Part shown: positions 40,601 through 48,056 of the stretch, one piece after another | How positions within the stretch are numbered: position 1 is the stretch's first letter | How the letters are laid out: the number at the start of each line of letters is the position of its first letter | Source of the DNA: a virus | Lineage: Duplodnaviria; Caudoviricetes | IMG/VR virus record: IMGVR_UViG_3300014205_000188 | Span: 32,001 to 96,000 of that record | DNA length: 64,000 nucleotides | Strand: one strand, 5' to 3' | Translations under genes and position numbers: made by a program | Notes under the pieces: generated by a model | The model's input: the letters and a program-made list of their open reading frames with translations, nothing else | What the model was told of the DNA's origin: nothing | Database searches by the model: none

Positions 40601-42875
40601 TAATGCCTTGCCCCGGGTGTTCAAGGCATCGGGTCAAGCCGGTCTGTCTGACGGACTCCTGGATCGCATTTCCGGTGTGAACACACTGGTGCCCTTGGTT
40701 GAAGTCCCCGCTTTGGGACATCAGTTCCTGGCGGACCCCGCAACTCCTGTCTACCACCACGTTGTAACCTCCTTGAATGTCACAAGTATGGGGGGCCTCA
40801 ATTATGATGCTTTGAACGTGCCCTCTGGTTCTTTTGGGGGAGGGTTAGCCACTGGGGCACGGTGCCTCTTGCCCGGGACAATGTTCCAGTTGGTGGGTCC
40901 CGATGGTGCCCTTGTGCTACAGCCCGGGTTTGCTGCCCAGGCTGGTGTGTTCCTTGAGCCGTCGATCCCAAGGACTTGTTTGAATCTGGATGAGACCTAT
41001 GCTCGTGTCGTGGACGCGGGGCATAGTTTGCCAGACCCATCCCTAGCTCTTTCCGATTGGGACCGAGAGCTTTGGATGCGTGACGCTAGTGAGTATTGGC
41101 TTTCGGGGTCACTTCCTTCGGTTCCTGAAGAGGTCCTCTTCAGTGTTCGACGTATTCGTCGCTTCCATGATGTGGGTGCCTCGCCCACGGTTCTGAAGCC
41201 GCTGCGCTACGTCTATGAGATTCGTCGCGGTTTCCTGACGGACCGATCCACGATGCCCTCAGGTTGTGACTTGGTAACGGCTTCCAACTACACCATGGAT
41301 TGGGAGACGACCAAACCAGGAGGAGCACCCAAGGCTTCGGATGTGTGGTCTGATGGCTCCCTTTGTGCTGGCACCAATCTAGGTCCCTTCACCAGTGCCG
41401 ACGTGTCCATCCACCCAGGGGACCTATTCCGTTTGCTGGACCCACAGGGTGACGTGTTGGAGGAGGTGCCGATTGTTACGGTCCTTTCCGAGACCCAACT
41501 CATTTTGGCTCCCCCTGGCTTGACCCTGTTTTCCTCTGCTAACTCTCGGTTTGAGATTTGGCTGCGCAGAGCGCCCGTGCCTCACGAGCAAACTGCGGAA
41601 CAACTTCTGCAGTTGGTTACGACTCATGAGGTCACCCGCACTGAAGCCACTTGGGGTGACCCGGTGGAGAAAGGAGGATACGTACCCGAGGTTGGTGGTG
41701 TCCTAACCTATGAGGATGTGGTCAACAAGCTCTATGATGATCTTCGGGCTGCCGGATCAGGCAACACGTTCTCTGCCTTGGGTGTGAGGAAAGGTGACCT
41801 AGTGGTCATCGACCCCTTGGGCCGTGTTCCGAGGCAAAAGGGCTTACCCAGCATCCAGGAACTTAGTGCTCGTCCTTTCGGAGACGAGGCCGTGTTGGGT
41901 CGTGTGGACTTTTCCGCAACCTCCGTTTTTACCCCAGGAGCCCCAAGTCCTTTGGACGATAATCGTGGGTTCTACCGTGTGCAGAAGGTGGAGGACACAG
42001 GAACTGATCCCTACCTGCTTCTTAATCCGGTCACTGAGTTCACTGGCACTGCGGATGCTCCCGTGATTTTCGACTCTACAGACTTGGAGAGAGCTTACTC
42101 CGTGTACCCCACGGTTTCGGGTAGCCTTCTGACTACTTTGGGTGTGGAGGGTCAGATGGACCTTCGACCGACCCGACCTCGGAATCCTATCACTGGGGGT
42201 TTCAAGGTTCAGCCCGACGGTTTGAATCTGCACTCACTCCGCCCATTCTCTTACCGGATCTATCGGCCATCAGGGTTTTTTGAACCCGAGACCGTGGATT
42301 TGGTTTTGAGTACTCGAGAGCGAGTCAAGTCGTTGATCGAGTTGATCAACAGGGTGGGCCAAAACAAGGGAGGCTCATACTTCGTTTTTCAGAGGGATCA
42401 ACATCTTTTGGACTTGGGAACACCCTCAGATCCTGAATCTGGATCTGGGTTGGCGTCTAATGCGTTTCTACGGACTTTGATTGGCCCCGTGGAAACCATG
42501 CCTTATGCCAATAGCTCCTCGTGCCTCTCACTCCTTGACCGCAGGTTCTGGATTCTGGATACCCAACTAGACTCCCTGACCTATGCCGCTGCTTCCGGTG
42601 TTGGGATGCGAAGGGCACTTCCAGGAGACCCCACGTACACGGAGTTCAATACGACTCAAGGGGAGAAAGTACGACCCGTGCTTCCTGATCTGGTGGACTC
42701 CGTTTTGGAGCAGACCGAGAAATTGCGGGATCTTCGCTACACTTGGTTGTCCTACCGAACCCACAAAATGCTTGGCTCATTGGCGGCAATCTCACGGTAC
42801 GATGCAGAGTTATCAGCCCAATCTGGTGTTGAGACACAATACCTCCTTCGGAAGAAGTCGCTGGAGACGTCATGA
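31647..42875 (+). CDS. Giant virion structural protein (3742 aa), probably baseplate-associated
   Basis: Uninterrupted 11.2-kb ORF overlapping both neighbours; beta-rich; contains modules shared with sheath and wedge proteins. Confidence 0.75.
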   Translation: MMDPSFSGHVLRGTTLAPSNAPTTGEPETGVLRGLETVPSAFLYATEAPDFVDVDAERYRAGVLEAPGTTPVEYLVWAQNSASLAWVENPDWWLEDGTATFVPGSLNVTHAITGDVLTDGSTRCTVLDGGVRSLGSVLALVIARGDVEYDDNGWKNPEVVDPSLSPGGEPRKGDLPFLTLVVLPENTNLVSGQVFLTDSQLASLGGGFSPLRGDQVVTVRYTLAPSKFWWTRNDRYETRFGWNGVTRRWGPYKGSTPTLLGLVQENQTWTLNPPPKSLPVGSYLPGDSLFPDRYSMLRVGLTPGANSVPLDSVRVKSDAEVESFDFTLDPSALAVVGQASGKLVLSPSFLTGHLGQALWFSPKSFSPDSKGDLGLMLGADTTPLYLCPVPGPTDHPMLHFGNRAPLTPVLLATDLALDSLVAVLPGTVAISMSTGKLRFCPEDLYRADPARPTFSKHFLGERVYFRGTALNAQPQPTRAPVRLLDESGDPGVATSSELYIPDGYTLAREFLSLDPRRGLGVSGVLDLPDGTGTVPNSPGTEASLRPGGDTVGAQNLGRVRSVLAPFGDSFLFTRGGALEALDLVLLAKNLPSSRKIKGGRASVAQEKSTFGSKAVIGRADRKKFGAQAVYFLQAALTPALYTETPVLYSRVRDLFRFSGTEVFHFALDGVAYQWSASALDQSVPYFTAEEVASSLQTSTVPALPGGSCSGLGGRVGLHGITSVEIGYGLGGTLDLSGCASLGFLPGWRAESGVPNWLPDSGVSLGLHRSPLNLDRSSAIPDFKAVDRVTDLVLQENVTSMPFVFLDQAPLQDVAGFDVDVFFYLRSLTVDGDEVSYQQKPLEHYQDIVHRFADRKFDWVEWLSNDVTLGQKTSTLNLGGPNLVPESYAVGGGLSVAEMGGYLQDAGVNEYILPQQGVPGIATLVTRYGASVASGSRGQVTGSSVFSDPDAHFLASGVQAGFKLQLKSGDPAGFYRVEEVLGETQVRVAPEMLSSSVPLTWELYTGFPASVFDPSLVADVQYKPFQHLLTDPFTVRVLHPMGVVLASMTDRPHADLTEALILGRDLELRFGLVHQSGATVTPLAEAHELGGLANDVLVLEDSTRVDQGSFALQIGTEVFSGSELVGVSNFSPVVIGVEYLTQSWLGLPKGTLRFSSGILSSLSGASVFYRELFRDPSALTLTEAEIDSGGYLNLSSVAMTTYAGQSLYVAERLVTENHRDVHTSPQSGSFSPNAPLKRGSIMEVEYWRADLEGRRIGDKVVEFLPVRVRKETATRTSANVYQFNSTAQTVVSSSDPDVWVGTLLQNFGRTDFLIDYPSGWGGKGRITFTGKLVDATSPVSVSYSVLEAQGGERSYAVSQQNVYSPPFYVKASQSRFGLRGNRTADFVSGQLLRIGEDCFYVKGLRYFPASGTGGDVTEVSFYPPTTTEVGSRSPGNDVLTLITDRPLTPVVDPDGLAPLNTTADAGLMSTLDINLFPFENVARGQKTIQFKGDLLAFALPGHILELGGCPYTVASSGLTPDGTGTWVTVTGSFGRAFDVLTSPTLRLSYRPVYPPSTRDFMGVGPVLTTEPVFLILFGDTQNGVEIPGRLLVPGVDYSLAWDSGALSLLSPSRAPLSEGQSLVLLYTQTRAMQPQMRGGVLVNPRFHSEFLAGTSPSGDNGRLGATLSATYTFASPDSFYFRAVKLSQFMGEVAQEATQEITAQRPAGSFNTSISGTQNWKQGVLGPKARRQHLHDVDRVARSFLSFYNDATSAFEQVQETISGGFVGDRDGKFRFWVGRDANYPTPGYEDAITGVLNPRFVWSDVMNADRSVPLFVGPEDWVVSPKSAKLVDSELEGTFLDPSKLATLISSQQKLVRNDVDDQVLLRLGKATPRRIPQMPYFEFRAQGVTGCMSDQHGLSRLFPTQTKAFFRTLPGAGAQLESGGAFSPGVYTSGREIAGQWARTTGQQIGQLSNPAMGPIENVSSANLTARRARARIWGYFPEGLPAGAFDGGLSPAVNVPCLIVSPLLLSSLPIDPETGFPDDSQFLSQGGDLGDALAGDPELSVPGFQVGDQVLWGKPDGSFLGAFTTMEDTIWGTVTKTSAFVNSVVYGCVLTFQDADGVLISDPNDLLAVDLPAHMYPLEKGDTVLAISPTGGRMTQPSALATMPTIETMRDSALRMESYRSGVDLGIRGDGSLVDRSLPSLADHHYFPLKEMTGQNPPDPMSALEGPVEFLYQDVNPYRFPALSGGLVDDSGDTAIPYLRIGNTEIDRFGEITVGVAEAIQARSGTPPDLAVYPDEIRGLDGLLIGGALTTASDFTPVANGSTDLGVGDVRPYDLLLVQTPYPGVDPSFTGPSGLIQGPHGLLSVGSVTTSTVSPPRFITPTAAPPGGTTDTGDGVRYRMSNAIVYADGIYPVDPQAVPTPGVILIEDHNVGLTILDLSDVPLALNNGETIGVGNLNDIYASGVPIQLRVIARPDPSIQYGPAGANPLPSLTGGVEILRILIRNGSVYLWTYQDDPTLVPPASMVMGSAPVFGTQTTPVLPVLDNRQIHLPMIGLLPWTPGAPPWGWSRTNWFLPHTFVGGVFTSLYGFEFLVDLDARGFDAWAPAPPAWHSATAWLDSDRITFHEICDLRYMGLRGETHPLNANLSLETTLVVSEVQTGLTAATKYWSSVNAKINGLVGVDPIPLTFLAQGTWAPRVGALTERGSLAVEAFEGWDNAPISGADIAFSAVPSCSYGKASTLEICKGSGLTGSRVSSLLVDTTQVDNRVTGVALTEGGLDQIVSGDLLIIDGSTHTTSPGSLHCGTYLVRHAIVPNAGNNRLESPHSQLGLGGWCSVQFPTVLGYNLGTHTLTTSHLAPAPGGPLVGTIHSGFALPGVNTRVFILCDPTSLASTDESKFRHAVISGLYTSITEFSGQGSFALSDYRDAYGDPITESLFQSLALVGTSVSGMVFLPVRVSGYGLPENNCVGFDDGVNSIHGFQRLTITPPDYLSLFATGSDNALPRVFKASGQAGLSDGLLDRISGVNTLVPLVEVPALGHQFLADPATPVYHHVVTSLNVTSMGGLNYDALNVPSGSFGGGLATGARCLLPGTMFQLVGPDGALVLQPGFAAQAGVFLEPSIPRTCLNLDETYARVVDAGHSLPDPSLALSDWDRELWMRDASEYWLSGSLPSVPEEVLFSVRRIRRFHDVGASPTVLKPLRYVYEIRRGFLTDRSTMPSGCDLVTASNYTMDWETTKPGGAPKASDVWSDGSLCAGTNLGPFTSADVSIHPGDLFRLLDPQGDVLEEVPIVTVLSETQLILAPPGLTLFSSANSRFEIWLRRAPVPHEQTAEQLLQLVTTHEVTRTEATWGDPVEKGGYVPEVGGVLTYEDVVNKLYDDLRAAGSGNTFSALGVRKGDLVVIDPLGRVPRQKGLPSIQELSARPFGDEAVLGRVDFSATSVFTPGAPSPLDDNRGFYRVQKVEDTGTDPYLLLNPVTEFTGTADAPVIFDSTDLERAYSVYPTVSGSLLTTLGVEGQMDLRPTRPRNPITGGFKVQPDGLNLHSLRPFSYRIYRPSGFFEPETVDLVLSTRERVKSLIELINRVGQNKGGSYFVFQRDQHLLDLGTPSDPESGSGLASNAFLRTLIGPVETMPYANSSSCLSLLDRRFWILDTQLDSLTYAAASGVGMRRALPGDPTYTEFNTTQGEKVRPVLPDLVDSVLEQTEKLRDLRYTWLSYRTHKMLGSLAAISRYDAELSAQSGVETQYLLRKKSLETS

Positions 42876-43087
42876 CCTCCGACCCCAAACAAATTCTGGT
42901 TGACTTGGACATCCCGGAGGGGACGTGGGTTGATGTTGGTGGTCAACAAGTGCCCCTGTCAGATAAGTCGTTAGCACTTCTTCATCAGATCAGGGCGCTA
43001 CTTGAGGTACAGCAAAAAACGTATCAAGATGAATTGGTGCGACTGAAAGAACGATTGTCCCGGGTGACGATGGGTGGAGGCTCCTGA
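42872..43087 (+). CDS. Small coiled-coil protein (71 aa)
   Basis: ATGA and TGATG overlaps with both neighbours; heptad-like C-terminus. Confidence 0.7.
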   Translation: MTSDPKQILVDLDIPEGTWVDVGGQQVPLSDKSLALLHQIRALLEVQQKTYQDELVRLKERLSRVTMGGGS

Positions 43088-45966
43088 TGTCAAACTCTTG
43101 GGGCACCATCTCCTTTGAAGTTCCTGAGCTTCTTACTCAAGCCACCGGATCGATTACATCGGCATCTGAGTGGCTTTTTTCGGTTCTTGACGTGGCTATC
43201 CAGGCTCTGGAGTTCACCAAGTCTTTTGTTCCCGGCTCTTTGGACCCTGCGGCCCCTTTGATGCAAACCGTGGTGGATGAGCTGAAGGGTCTTCTACAGG
43301 ACCTTCAGAAACTGGGTTTGTACTTGACGGGTGACTGGGGGCTCCTTTCCGAGCCTGAGAGTCTGATTGGAGGCTATCAAGAGTACGAGCGGCGGATGAT
43401 TGCCAAACTCATGGACAGGACCGATAGGACTCGTCCTGACATCTCCAATGCATCCTCCGTTTTGGGTTTCTTTTTCTACACCTCTGTGGATCTGACCTCT
43501 TGGCATGTGTTGGTAAAGACGGTTACGGGTTTGCTGGACTATTTTCAGCAACGCCCGGTGTTGAAAAGCACCATTCCCATTCCCGAAATCACACAGATCT
43601 TGTATGGGGCCAAGGCGGCCTCGGTGCTCGACTATGGCAGTCTGGGTGAAACACCGTCTGGGCAAGTGCCCGATGCCGCTCGAGTACACTGGAAGGTGGC
43701 GACACCTTTGCGGAGGGACCCCTACCTTCCAGACTTGTCAGGACCTCCTGGTGGGTTCCTTGTCACCGTTTCCACGTTGGCCAATGGGATTCAGGTGTGG
43801 TACGATCGACCACAGTCCAATCAGACGAAAAAGCCGGTGGAGGGGAAGGACGTTCCGGCTCAACCCAGGGAGTATGGTCAGGTCTTGATCTTCCCCGGGG
43901 GGGATCCGTTGGTCCTTCATGGTGGGGCCGAGATGTTGGCCGGTGTGCCCGCCGAATTGGGTTACAACTCTGGGGTGAAAAACGGAGTCCTTCAGGATGG
44001 GTACTCCCGTGTGTTCGGCCGTGTCGATGGGCAAAAATTGCCCATCCCGTTGGAGCAACTTCAACAGGGGGCCTTGTTTCTCCTGCAACGGACTTTCTTT
44101 GTCACCACCTCCACTGTGAAAAGAGCCTGGGTGACAGGTGACTACTCCGTGATGCTGCGGGGCATAGAGATGCCACATGCCGCTCATGTGGAGGAGCAAA
44201 CGGATGGCACATTGTCACTAATGGATGATGGACCAGCAGACCTGTTCTACGTGCGCATCGCCACCTGTGACAAGGCAATCTCCGACGGCGGTGTTTTTCA
44301 ATACCAGTTCCTGCCCAGTCTCAAAAGCATTACAGGGCAACCACTGGAAGTGATTGCTGGTGGTGACCCCAGCGGGGCTTCCTCCGTTGGAGCTTTTTGT
44401 TCTCCTCGTCAGGTTTCCTTCCCCAATCTGAACACTCAGGATTACCTGTCCGCTTTGCAAACTGCTTTGCTGGTTTTGGTGCTATCCCGTCCAGACCTCA
44501 AACCACTGGACATGCTGAAGGGTTCTATGCCTCTTCAGACATGGGAAAACGTACAAGCCAACAAGATTATCACTCAGGGTGTGGCTCTGGTTCGTTCGGG
44601 GTTGGAGGGTGCCAAACAACTGGTTGACGTCGTTTATGACAAGGACATCACCTATCAGGTAGCCATGTCTTTGCTAGACACGAATCCAGCTGCTTTTCGT
44701 CGGGATCTCATGAGTCGAATCCAACGAGCGGTACATGACCTGTACTCCCGAACAGGTCCCAATCCCACGATTGAAGCCTTCGTTGTGCAACAGACCAAGT
44801 TTCTTCGACAAGCGACTTGGCGAACGATTCTCAAGGCGGTTCATCCAAGCTACGTCTCTGCTTGGGAGGGGTCCCTACTCCCCACAGAATTGCTCGATAC
44901 CACCCTGTGGGGGTCACTCCAGAATGGTTCTTTGACCGCGGGACTTGCGAGAAACCCAGTTAACGCTGTGGGCAATGAAAACTTGGCCCGTGAGGTGATG
45001 TCCAACTCTCAGATAACGGAAGATCGTTTGCCACAGATGCAAGAGGGAGTCTTGGACCAAACTGTGGGTAAGTGGTCGAGCTACGTTCGTTCCGAGGTTC
45101 CCGCTACAGAGGTGGACACTTTCTTGTCCTCTTGTCCTCGGGGTCTACGTCAGATCTATGAGAAAGCGATAGACCCTGAGACGGGATCTATCCTAGTGCC
45201 CCCCAGTTGGAATGCCGTTCTGGACGAGGCCGAGAAAGAGGGTCGCGTGGCCGGATCGGCCGACTTGTCCCCAGTTTTTTTCTTTGGGTCAGGCCAAGCA
45301 GTGCCGACAAAAGTCATGTACTGCAGAAGTCTTTTTGCCAAGTCTGACTCTCAAACCCTTGTGCTTGAGTCCCAAGGTGGATTGTACGAGCAGGCATCTT
45401 TGACTCTGCGTGTGGCCGCAGCGACCGTGCGTAGGACTAATCCTTCAGGTGAGTGGTCCTACGTGCGTTGGTTGGACACGGTTCCGGGTGTTGAGGACTA
45501 TCTCTCGACAGCGGTGAATTGGGCCGAGTCTTTGCAACAGTCCCAGAAAACTCTGGTGGACACCATGACCCAATACATTGAATTTTTGGAGGCACGTCTG
45601 GTGAGTCTGCAGCAGTTCATTGCCAGGATCAATTCGTTGCTGCAATCCGTTTTGGGCTACACTTTTCAGATCCCTAAGTGCTCCGCCTTGGTTACGGTAT
45701 CCCGAGGAACCGCTGGTGTTCTTGCGGACCTGATCTCCGCTGAGAACAAACCAGCATCATCCCCACTGTCCTATGCTGGTGGGGCCTCGCTTGTGATGCC
45801 CTTCGCCCCTAATTCTGCCCTGTTGGATTTGATCACCGCTTTTTGGAAGGCTGAGTCAGGACCTCCGATGCCATCTGCCACGTTGGGTCAAGACCCAACA
45901 ACGATACCGGGTGTGAACGGTATCCCAGAAGTCGTACCTGATCCTGACGAGCCCGATGTGTTGTAG
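43087..45966 (+). CDS. Putative baseplate/virion protein (959 aa)
   Basis: Coupled ORF in the tail operon; helical N- and C-terminal regions resemble each other. Confidence 0.6.
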   Translation: MSNSWGTISFEVPELLTQATGSITSASEWLFSVLDVAIQALEFTKSFVPGSLDPAAPLMQTVVDELKGLLQDLQKLGLYLTGDWGLLSEPESLIGGYQEYERRMIAKLMDRTDRTRPDISNASSVLGFFFYTSVDLTSWHVLVKTVTGLLDYFQQRPVLKSTIPIPEITQILYGAKAASVLDYGSLGETPSGQVPDAARVHWKVATPLRRDPYLPDLSGPPGGFLVTVSTLANGIQVWYDRPQSNQTKKPVEGKDVPAQPREYGQVLIFPGGDPLVLHGGAEMLAGVPAELGYNSGVKNGVLQDGYSRVFGRVDGQKLPIPLEQLQQGALFLLQRTFFVTTSTVKRAWVTGDYSVMLRGIEMPHAAHVEEQTDGTLSLMDDGPADLFYVRIATCDKAISDGGVFQYQFLPSLKSITGQPLEVIAGGDPSGASSVGAFCSPRQVSFPNLNTQDYLSALQTALLVLVLSRPDLKPLDMLKGSMPLQTWENVQANKIITQGVALVRSGLEGAKQLVDVVYDKDITYQVAMSLLDTNPAAFRRDLMSRIQRAVHDLYSRTGPNPTIEAFVVQQTKFLRQATWRTILKAVHPSYVSAWEGSLLPTELLDTTLWGSLQNGSLTAGLARNPVNAVGNENLAREVMSNSQITEDRLPQMQEGVLDQTVGKWSSYVRSEVPATEVDTFLSSCPRGLRQIYEKAIDPETGSILVPPSWNAVLDEAEKEGRVAGSADLSPVFFFGSGQAVPTKVMYCRSLFAKSDSQTLVLESQGGLYEQASLTLRVAAATVRRTNPSGEWSYVRWLDTVPGVEDYLSTAVNWAESLQQSQKTLVDTMTQYIEFLEARLVSLQQFIARINSLLQSVLGYTFQIPKCSALVTVSRGTAGVLADLISAENKPASSPLSYAGGASLVMPFAPNSALLDLITAFWKAESGPPMPSATLGQDPTTIPGVNGIPEVVPDPDEPDVL

Positions 45967-45975
45967 GAGGAAGTC

Positions 45976-46863
45976 ATGGCCTCTTTTTCAAAGCTTGGTG
46001 TATGGCCAGTTGGCTATTTCAGGGCCTACTCTAGTTGGTTGCTTCGATCCCGTCGGGATGTAACACGTAGGATTCAGGTCCTGAATGCTGAGATTGAAAG
46101 AATCGGCATTGTCAAGGTTGAGTATCAAGCCCTTGAGACGCCCGACGGAGGGGTGACACGGACGGAGCAACGGACGGGTCTGTATGTGACGCCCAACTCC
46201 AATGTTGGCCGTTTGATGCAAGCGTATGTAGCTCTAGGTGGAGATCCACTGAACATCTCTCCCTTCACCTACCCCGAGCAAGCAACCATGACCCAAAACT
46301 ATGAGGATACTCCTGCTGTACAGCAGCAGGAGTATCCGGGGAATGGTGTTGTTGCTCCCCAGTCCGCTGCCCCTAATGAGCCCGTGACATCTGATCAGGA
46401 ACCAGGTTTTGGTCCCTTTCAAGGTGGCTTCCTTCAAACTTCAGTTTACTACCCTGCCCGTCAAGGTGGGCGCATCAGTCCCGGGGCCTATGACCATGAC
46501 GGGGTGGTCAAGACGATGCAGCGGATCAGAGGTTGGGCCGACCAAGAAATCAAAGAGCTGCAGGATTTGGAGTGGCGGATCATCAAGCAGTGTGACTTGA
46601 GGGAGCAGTTGGTACAAGAAAGGGATGAGGTGTTGGTGCAAGCCTTTGGCGGTGCCCTACAAGGGGTGGGTCCCTTTGACGCTGCTTATTTTGACAGTAG
46701 CATGCTGGTACAGAATCTGGTACAGGAGATGTATCAGATTCTGTATGAGACCGATGATACGGGTAGGGTCACTTCATATTCCGCAAATCGGCAGACGGTT
46801 GCTTTGCACTTCACGTTCCCAGATGACCCCACAGAGATTGCTCGCGAAATGTTAGGGTGCTGA
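45976..46863 (+). CDS. Hypothetical virion protein (295 aa)
   Basis: AGGAGG SD; last gene before the next candidate promoter. Confidence 0.65.
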   Translation: MASFSKLGVWPVGYFRAYSSWLLRSRRDVTRRIQVLNAEIERIGIVKVEYQALETPDGGVTRTEQRTGLYVTPNSNVGRLMQAYVALGGDPLNISPFTYPEQATMTQNYEDTPAVQQQEYPGNGVVAPQSAAPNEPVTSDQEPGFGPFQGGFLQTSVYYPARQGGRISPGAYDHDGVVKTMQRIRGWADQEIKELQDLEWRIIKQCDLREQLVQERDEVLVQAFGGALQGVGPFDAAYFDSSMLVQNLVQEMYQILYETDDTGRVTSYSANRQTVALHFTFPDDPTEIAREMLGC

Positions 46864-46872
46864 GAGGTCCTG

Positions 46873-46889
46873 CGGTGTCCCTTCTATAG
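46873..46889 (+). promoter_or_regulatory. Candidate late promoter, copy 3 (CGGTG-N7-TATAG)
   Basis: Shared motif; in the first gap longer than ~10 nt after 31 kb of packed genes. Confidence 0.5.
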
Positions 46890-46924
46890 CCCAAACCCCA
46901 TGACGGGATACGGACCGGAGGAAC

Positions 46925-48055
46925 ATGTCTCAGGATTTTCAGCTTGCTTGGTACTGCCCCCATTTGATCTCGGAGGAATACGTTACTCTGGGTTCTGATG
47001 GGATGTCCTTGGTGACTGAGCAGCCCATTGCCAACAGCGGGATTGTTCGCATCCTAGTCAATGACGAGTTTTTCATTCCTCAGTTGGGTTTGTACTCACA
47101 AGGGACTCTGCGTTCATCCCTCTCTGGACCTTTTGATCTCATTCCAGGAGAGGACGAGGTCATCCTGACAACCTCCGCCGGGACACAGAGTTACGTTTTT
47201 GGGGTTCGCAAAGTCACAAGGTATTCCGCGGAGCAAGTCGCCCAGATCCTGCGCAAGGCCTCTTTGAATGTGGCTCATATTGAGGCAGACGGTGGGCACT
47301 TGACTTTGGTGGACACGGCCTCAGTTGGACCGGACTCTTTTGTGGCCCTTTCTGGCACCGCTGCAGCCTCTCTGGGGTTCGGGGCAGCGGGAGTCAATGC
47401 CCTGCAACGGAGGGCCCGTGGAGCCCTCTTGTTCCCCCCCTGGGACCTTTACACGCCTCCTTCGGAGCCGTCCAAGCGGTATCCTCGTTTCAGGGAACCT
47501 TTGCGTGGTAACCCTGTGTTGAAGGTCTCGTACTCCGTACACAGGACCCGGTGCCTTCGTTGTGGTACCTCCGGTATTGAGAACGATCTTCGTTTCGACT
47601 CCGCTGGTCAGACTCTGATGATCAGGGATGAGAACTTGTTACAGCAGGCGGTGCTCAAGATCCTGCTGACGGACAAGGGGTCGAACCCGTATCACCTCTG
47701 GTACGGTACGGACCTGAAGTCCAGAATTGGTAGCAAAGCCATTAGTGGTGTGGCAGCTCTGATCAGTGAGGATGTTCGTCGCGCCTTGTCCCGTTATCAG
47801 GCTCTGCAACTGGAGCAGGCCAAGTACCAAAGCGTTTCTTTCAAAGAGCGCTTGTATGCGGTAACCGAAGTCAAGGTCACGCCCCATGCTCAAGACCCCA
47901 CCATTTTCATGCTGAGTGTCACGGTGCAGAATGCCTCCTCACAGCCCGTAACCCTTGATGTGGTTTATGCCACCTCACAAGTGGTGGCTCTGATGGGATC
48001 CAATGGTCTCTCCCTAGGGACGGACGCTCTAGGCATCATCAATAGGAGCGTGTGA
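46925..48055 (+). CDS. gp25/GPW-like baseplate wedge (sheath initiator) with N-terminal extension
   Basis: C-terminal LQQAVLKILLTDKGSNPYHLWYGTDLKSRIG is gp25-like. CPH...CLRC may form a metal site. Directly before baseplate J. Confidence 0.8.
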   Translation: MSQDFQLAWYCPHLISEEYVTLGSDGMSLVTEQPIANSGIVRILVNDEFFIPQLGLYSQGTLRSSLSGPFDLIPGEDEVILTTSAGTQSYVFGVRKVTRYSAEQVAQILRKASLNVAHIEADGGHLTLVDTASVGPDSFVALSGTAAASLGFGAAGVNALQRRARGALLFPPWDLYTPPSEPSKRYPRFREPLRGNPVLKVSYSVHRTRCLRCGTSGIENDLRFDSAGQTLMIRDENLLQQAVLKILLTDKGSNPYHLWYGTDLKSRIGSKAISGVAALISEDVRRALSRYQALQLEQAKYQSVSFKERLYAVTEVKVTPHAQDPTIFMLSVTVQNASSQPVTLDVVYATSQVVALMGSNGLSLGTDALGIINRSV

Positions 48056-48056
48056 G

